Source: Octopus vulgaris (Eukaryota). Taken from it: 64,000 bases of DNA. The notes beneath the pieces are model-generated. The model was not told the origin of the DNA, did not search any database, and saw only the letters and a list, made by a program, of their open reading frames with translations. Each line of letters opens with the position of its first letter. Position 1 is the first letter of the stretch. The DNA lies in assembly GCA_951406725.2 (NCBI GenBank), contig OX597825.1, positions 26,784,001-26,848,000 on the forward strand, in the 5' to 3' direction. Shown here in pieces: positions 55,990 to 64,000 of this stretch. Made by a program: the position numbers and the translations under genes.

Positions 55990-57019
55990 GTGTGTGCGTG
56001 TGTTTGTATGTGTGTGTGTATATGCATATCCACAAATTCCCATGTATATACATGTCTTACTATTTTATACCCATATATTTATATTGTGGTATAAACATAT
56101 ATAAATTATTCTATATTGAATAATATTCGGGTTGAAATGGGAGTTAAGCGTCAAAGTACAATTGACAGCTCAACAGCTTTTCTCTATGTATGTATGTATG
56201 TATGTATGTATGTGTGTGTGTGTGTATGGATGATGGATGGATAAATGGATGGATGTATTCACCGATAGGTATGTGTTTAGCACTTACATGGTATAAAGCA
56301 TATTTTGTATGCATGAATGCATGTCAAAATATATCTCCCTTGCCAGAAATATTCAGCGTTGGTTTATGCGTGTACATATTTAGTCTTGCGTGTTTTCCTT
56401 TGAGTACGTGTATATTTTGGAAGTATAATGAGTTGCAGCGATACTGCGACGTATGTCTGCAAAGGCTTCTAGAGTGAAACCCTACGAACTTGCTGCTCCA
56501 TATAACGGAACTTGAAGATGATGATGATGTTGGTGGTGATGAGGAAGGGGAAGAGAATGCAGTCGAAGGAGGATTTCTTTTAAGGAATATATGTCGTTGC
56601 ATTTAAGGACGATATGCAAATGGACAGCAAAGGTCGAGTAGAATTATACGTGTACATTATGCGTCCGAAAGAACATTTATGAATATATCATTAATATCCA
56701 TGTACAAGTGTACCTTCGTAATGACGTCTATGCACCTATGAGACTGTAAACTTTTGTAAAATTAAAGTTAGTGAATGTACCATCAACAATATAACCAAAT
56801 AAACGTATAGAGTTATGTGATGAATCATTCTAATACAGTTATCACCCAGATAAAAGACAACGTATCCTAAATATATAAGGAAATTTTAATTATTTCAAAA
56901 GTGGTATACACCATGAACTTAAAATTATACACTCATAAAATGTTGAGAGTATAAGCTGTAAAAGAAAGATCACATTTAGAATAACGAGGAAGGGTGTGCA
57001 TTCACGGACATATATATGT

Positions 57020-57178
57020 ACGACGGGCTTCTTTCAGTTTCCGTCTATCTAACCCACTGACAAGGCTTTGGTCGGCCCAAGGCGAGAGTGAAAGACACTT
57101 GCTCACGGTGACAGGTAATGGCACTGAACACGGAATCATGTGGTTGGGAAGCAAGCTTCTTACTACACAACCTCTACT
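57020..57178 (-). mobile_element. SINE family B, 5' half
   Basis: Reverse complement of the 19718 head. Confidence 0.82.
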
Positions 57179-57181
57179 GTG

Positions 57182-57589
<408 letters not shown>

Positions 57590-59034
57590 AATTACGGGGG
57601 TTTAGGTTGTATATGGTTAGTGGTTTAGAGGCTGTCAAGATGTGTCTGATTAGAAGTTGCATTTTTAGCCTATTATATCACGCCGTATAATGCGTATAAC
57701 AAATATCTATTTTCTGGGAGATATATGAGATAATTCCTATTTCTAACTCTCTACAAACATTGTTGCATAATACTGAGGCAAGGAAATATGATGTTGAAGC
57801 CTCTGAACGAACCGTTTCACATTTTACCGAAAAGTGCGTCGTGGAAGATGATATAGTTTTATGGAAATGGCATCATGTTATGCGTAGAAATGAGACTTTT
57901 GGAATATGTCTATAAGTTTTTGAGGGAAGTGTGAGAACGAAGTTTCATATTCACATACATCAGTAATTGAATCTCAATTATCGATTGCAAATTTGGCAGT
58001 TTTAACAAGGTTTTTATCGAATTGTCTAAATTTTTACGTTAGTTGTTGAACATACAAAGAAAAAATTGGATTCTGTTATTTCCAATTAGTTTGTCTTAAA
58101 AGTGTTGCACTATGATTCTCTCATGTTTTCCTTACAGCTACTACATAAATTTCGATAAACACACATGCATACACGAGCTTAAGCACGCACACACTCACAT
58201 ACACAAATATATATATATAAACATACACATATATATATATGTATATATATATATATATCATACAATATAATGTAATATTATATTATATGTATATATATAT
58301 ATATATACATACAGATATATATACATACATATACCATACATATACATACATATATATATAAATATATATATATAGAGAGAGAGAGAGTGAGAGAGAGATA
58401 GATAGATATATAGATGGATATGCGTACATATATTTATGTGTGTGTGTGTGAAAGTATAGATACGTGTAAATATAGATATATAGGCACACATTAATGAAAA
58501 TACAATATTGTCTCGTCGCTAATTGTCATTTTGTATTCTGACGTAATAAACCCATTAGGTTTGATAACAATATCTGGCGAAAGTAAACAACATAACTAAA
58601 TAAATACACATCGTAAATATATTTTTCGATAAATAACAAAATGTATGTATTTAATGAATTATAACACATCAGACAAGAGACGCAGTAAAAGCTGTAAATA
58701 AAAAAGTTCTGATAGTATTCGAAATTAACGGTTAGATTTTCGTTTTTTATCGTATTATGAAAAAATATATAATGGGATTTTTTTTATCTTTAGTTCGTAG
58801 CCAGTTTTCACTGAGAATCCCCAGGTGAAACATTGAGCTATTTGGGCCCTTTCCGATTTTTCAGTTTCTTACTGTATTTTATTACTTCGCTTTTTTACCA
58901 TAGCGGATTCGGAAGGATTCACTTCACAGGTCCAGGAGATCGCACGATCAAGTAAAGCATCGCTTTATGACTTGATTTATCAACTATATGCAAGGTTCAT
59001 TCGTGACATTTTTGAACTTTTGCAGGAAAGACAT

Positions 59035-59730
59035 ATACAGCATTCAAATAAGTACAAATCTCTAATACGTTTCCAAGTAGGAACCTCTGACTTCAGTGCA
59101 GTTGATATAGTACTCCAGCCATTTCGTGTAATCTCTATGGAAGTCATCTAATATGGATGTCAAGGACCACTTTAAAGCCAGCTTCATCTTCAGAACGACT
59201 ACCCGCTGAGTTTCTTGAACTTGGATAACCACCAAAAACAAAGGGAGCAAGTTGTGGATTGTGGGGAGAGTGAGGCAGGTGTTGATGTCCATTTATTAAA
59301 AGGACATGATTACAAGGATTCTCGTCAATGAGCAATTGGGCAACAAACTTTACGCTTGTACAGATCTGCATGAATAATTCTTTGTACAGCAGTCACTTCA
59401 ACTTCAAACTTTACGTTTCCTTTCTTTACATACACACAAACATCCCTGGCATTAAAATATATAGGGTTTTCTCACAATGATGCTCTTACACACTTCTCCT
59501 TCTCACACATCTATTCGTTTCTTCTCATATCTTTGCTGCATTTGATACACTTGTGCTAACGAAAAATATATCCCATAGGCTTTCGAGATTATTTCATAAA
59601 TTTCGTACTTGTTTTTGACCAGCTTAGCACACGACTTTATGCTATAACGATTTTGCAACCGTCCCGATTGCATTCAACAAACTAGTCAGCAGAGGGTGAG
59701 TTGAGAGTGCTTCGTCTATTTGGAATAACA
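59035..59730 (-). mobile_element. Mariner-like transposase remnant
   Basis: HLPHSPHNPQLAPFVF (cf. HPPYSPDLAPxDF) and terminal KWLEYYINCTEVRGSYLE (cf. W.KCI...G.YFE). Confidence 0.7.
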
Positions 59731-60049
59731 AAACTCGGTGGGTCAGCTTATTAGAAGTAGAATGATAATTTACTAAAATATAATCTAGAGCATATATAAT
59801 TGTCTCTCTTAAAAAGTTTCAAAAGCTTTACATAGCCGAAGTCTTAATATATAGTTGTAAACTAGTAACATTCACTTTGCAAATTGAGTTGTGAATTTCT
59901 TTGGACGTTTCTTCATAATATTAATTCATAATCGTGTACACAACAATCGAAATGTACCTGTAGTCTATAAGAGAAATTACGAGTATATCTGGAAATGTAT
60001 TCAATTTTTAATCTAAGAAAAGCCAAGGGATCTTTTATAACTAAGAAAT

Positions 60050-60850
60050 GTGCCCATATATTCACTAAGCCTTCAGCTTCAAGCACTGCTTCAATGCGGG
60101 ACCGAAATCATTGTGATGCATACGTTAAATGGCCCTATACGCTTCGGATATCAATTGGAATATTGCGGCCTTCAGCAAAGAAATTTTCTTGTAAAGATAT
60201 CAATGGGTATCCCTTTTCATAACACTTAAAACATAGTAGTCCCTGGCATTAAAATATATAGGGTTTGGTGGCCACAATTTGGATTTACATGCTCCTAAAT
60301 ATTGTTTAATATCAATTCATGGATTACATAGGCGTGTGAGAAATCGGTTGCGTCTACTTCAAACACATATGTCCACCAATTGCACACTTCATTCATACAG
60401 GGATTAACAATAATATGTAGGATCTCGACATACCCAGCAGTGTCAATTCTAAGACTCTGCAGCATAATTTGTGTTAACATTGACATGACGTTAAAGATTC
60501 TCGAAACCTAAGTCCACTGGGCTGGTTGGAAATTAGTGTACATTACTCTCCAGACATCGGTATTGTCAGCACATAACCATTTGCCGTATTCAGATATTGT
60601 CTTCTCGTTAGAGAAGAACAAAAGCGTGCCGTGTTCATAAAGGTCCGTATCCCTATTGAATTAACCATTTGCTATGTATTAAAAGGTTTGTGTCTTTTGT
60701 GACACAAACTGGCCTCTCCACTGTATATAGGGCTTCTTTTGAATGTCCTCATCAACCATATTTCTCATGGTCGACTCCGATACCTGAGGTTCAATAGAGA
60801 TGTGTCTCATTAATTTTCAGAGATCAAGATCGATAAAGTTGACCCTGATA
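60050..60850 (-). mobile_element. Tc1/maT-like transposase remnant
   Basis: LLFFSNEK (cf. FSDEK), YVFEVDAT (cf. FQQD), NLWPPNPIYFNARDYYV (cf. WPPNSPDLNPLDYYVW). Confidence 0.72.
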
Positions 60851-61007
60851 AATGGAATGCGGTGTCCTTATAATTCCCAAACGTTTAGATTACTTTTATC
60901 TTTTCGTATCAATTAACTTATTCCCACCCGTGGAAACAATTCCATACGGATTTTTTTATCAATACGTGATCTGGAAAGTTGACAATTTCTAAATGGTTTT
61001 GTTCGAC

Positions 61008-61010
<3 letters not shown>

Positions 61011-61097
<87 letters not shown>
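61011..61097. repeat. (CT)n microsatellite
   Basis: Directly visible. Confidence 0.97.
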
Positions 61098-61099
<2 letters not shown>

Positions 61100-61544
61100 A
61101 CTTTGTCTCCGTCTCTGAACGGTTCCCTAGGTTTCCCACATTATTAAGTTTGAATTAGTTCTTGTGCCATTTCTATTTTTAAAATTTTTGCTAACATTTT
61201 TGCTAACATTAACCTTTCAGTTTGAACATGCATAGACAACTTGTGTACTGTTGATTCTCTTTACATGTCCACAGTATCAATTATATACCTTAAAAAATCT
61301 TATATAAACATAAAAAGGAAAGCAACGAAATTCATAAAAAAAGACAAAACATTTAGCATAGTTACAATAGGATTATGGCAAGCGTTTTATTTGCCACGAA
61401 ATACTGCACTTGCTAGTACTATTAGTACTAATACAGCTACTGATGCTACTGATACTGCTGCACCCTCTGCTACTGTTGGTCCGGCTAATATTTTTTATTA
61501 ATAACAATAGCGAAAATAAGTTTAATCATAACAAATATACAGTG

Positions 61545-61709
<165 letters not shown>

Positions 61710-63917
61710 GCCATGAACTGCTAAAAGAACTGTACAATGATGTTTTGCAACACCCTAGTAGGATGCCCCCTTGGCTAGTTAATGGGTTAACATTCCTGCT
61801 TCCAAAAAGTGAAGAAACAAATGAACCAAAAAACTATAGACCCATAACCTGCTTAACAACTATGTACAAAACACTAACATCTGTCCTGACGGAATATACC
61901 TATAGTTTTTTAACAGACAGCAGCATATTCCCTAATGAACAGAAAGGATGTAAACGTGGATCCTACGGCTGTAAAGACCAACTACTCATCAATAAGATGA
62001 TCTTAGAAGATTGTCACAAACGACACAAAAACTTATCAATAGCCTGGATAGACTATAAAAAGGCTTTTGATAGCCTACCACATAGCTGGATTAGGAAATG
62101 CCTGGAAATGTATAAGATAGCACCGACTCTGCGAAACTTTTTGTCTGTAAGTATGAGATCATGGAGAACCACACTAACTCTGAACAGTGACAATGAATCC
62201 CTAAATGCTGGTGATGTGAAAATTTCGTGTGGCATTTTCCAGGGTGACTCACTGTCACCACTCCTCTTTTGTTTATCCTTAATACCTCTCTCAAAGCTGC
62301 TCAATGACGCGCAGTACGGGTATAAAATGTTTGATAAAAATATAAATCAGCTCATTTACATGGATGATTTAAAGCTTTTTGCAAAAAATGACCAACAACT
62401 CAAGGGCTTACTAGCGATAGTCAAACAATTCAGTGACGACATCAGAATGCAATTCGGCCTCGATAAATGTGCAAAAGCTACCTTTATCAAAGGAAAAATG
62501 ACAGAAACATCTAACGTTAACCTTGACCAGCAGAATGTCATAAAAGAACTAGACCCTGCGGAGAACTACAAGTACCTAGGGGTAATTGAAGGTAAGGGAA
62601 TAAGGCACTCAGAGATGAAGGAAAGGATCAGGAGAGAATGCTATCGAAGAGTGAGAGCAATACACAAGACAGAGCTGAATGCAAGAAACAGGATCGAAGT
62701 GATCAATGCATTAGCCATACCAGTCGTGACTTACAGTTTCAATATTGTTAACTGGTCAATTACTGAAATATGTCAGCTCGACAGAAAAATAAGGAAACTG
62801 TTGACAATGCATAGAATGCACCACCCTAAGGCAGATACAGAACGAATCTATCTGCCAAGAAAAGAGGGAGGCCGTGGTCTTTTGCAACTGGCAATAACAA
62901 TGAAGATTGCTACAATTGGCCTAGACACCTACCTGAAAAACTCTGAGGAGTGGATGTTAAAACTTGTCTCAAAACATGAAAACAAGAAAGCATCATACTC
63001 AGTCACAAAACAGGCAAAGGAATATCTAAGTGAATTCCGAATACAACCAATTTCGGAATTAGAGATAGATATACAAGAAACAAGCACAGAAAAAGCTAGG
63101 CGCATGAAAACCCGTGCCAAAACTGCGGCCTTAGATATTCTGAATAATAAATGGCAAGAAAAACCTCTCTATGGCAAATACCCAAAGAGAGCGAATAATG
63201 CAGATATCGACAAAGCCCTGACCCATCAATGGCTAATGGCCTCTGGCTTAAAATCTGAAACAGAGGGGTTTATCATAGCAGCTCAAGATCAATGCCTACC
63301 AACAAGAAACTACCAGGCCAACATATTAAAGAACGGCAGTAGCCCAACATGTCGTGTATGCCGACAACAAAATGAAACCATTGACCATGTTGTCTCCAAA
63401 TGCAGTCTTCTAGCGCCTACAGAGTACCTCAGTAGGCATGATAGAGCTGCACAATATATTCACTGGGTAATTTGCAAAAACCTGGATTTGCCCCATGAAA
63501 AAAACTGGTGGGAACACAATCCAACTCCTGTGCTTGAAGATGACCACATCTCACTCCTCTGGAACTTCACCATTCAAACTGACAGGAAGATAGAAGCAAA
63601 TAGGCCAGACATTATATTGAAAGACTTCAGACAAAGAACATGCCTCCTCATTGATATGACTGTCCCAATCGATATAAACCTATCTGTCAAGACCTACCAA
63701 AAACTGAGGAAATATAAAGATCTTGAAATAGAAATCAGCAAAATGTGGGAGCTGAAGACTAAAACAATACCTGTTGTCATAGGTGCCCTGGGAATGATAG
63801 CGAAAATGGACTGATTGCTACCTAACTCAGATACCAGGAAACCCCAAAATGGCAGAAATTCAAAAGATAGTGCTCATAGGAACTGCTCATATCCTACGCA
63901 AAATACTCTCTATGTAA
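61710..63917 (+). CDS. Reverse transcriptase + CCHC zinc knuckle + restriction-like endonuclease; one +1 frameshift at ~63806-63811
   Basis: NYRPITCL, EQKGC, WIDYKKAFDS, GIFQGDSLSP, YMDD, YKYLG, EGGRGL, CRVC-x8-H-x4-C, RHD, RPD-x12-D...KY; the +1 frame continues TDCYLTQIPGNPKMAEIQKIVLIGTAHILRKILSM to TAA at 63915-63917. Confidence 0.93.
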
Positions 63918-64000
63918 TCCCAAGGTTTAAAACAAACTTTTTTGTTTATTTATTTATTTTTATTTTTATTTATTTTTTTTATGTATTAGACATTCACTAG
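61710..64000 (+). mobile_element. 5'-truncated R4/Dong-clade non-LTR retrotransposon; 3' end probably beyond the window
   Basis: Domain order RT-CCHC-RLE in one ORF; inserted at a TAA-type repeat, as known for Dong elements. Confidence 0.88.

Noticed and set aside
56324-56602. Ser/Pro-rich 92-aa ORF, acidic on the opposite strand
   Set aside because: Built on a (GAT/GAG) low-complexity patch; no homology recognised, though an exon cannot be excluded without RNA data.

Overview
AT-rich, microsatellite-dense eukaryotic non-coding DNA with no recognisable host-gene exon. The SINE families and (TA)n/(TACA)n load look like an octopod cephalopod (Octopus) genome; this is an inference from repeat recognition. 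Almost all short ORFs in the track are simple-repeat artefacts. The real coding content is transposon-derived: (1) a young, 5'-truncated Penelope-like element (PLE, ~13361-16052, minus) with an intact Cys-rich GIY-YIG endonuclease frame, bounded by two 183-bp inverted pseudo-LTRs that each hold a type-I hammerhead ribozyme, sitting in a (TA)n tract; (2) a decayed PLE reverse transcriptase (~9.0-10.8 kb); (3) a 5'-truncated R4/Dong-type RT+RLE LINE in an (ATG/ATA)n tract at the right end; (4) fragments of Tc1/mariner, Tigger/pogo and hAT transposases; (5) more than a dozen tRNA-headed SINE copies built from interchangeable heads and tails. Recurring themes are microsatellite-associated retroelements, short ribozyme-bearing PLE ends, and local fold-back or templated duplications next to (TA)n. 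All alignments and folds were done by eye.
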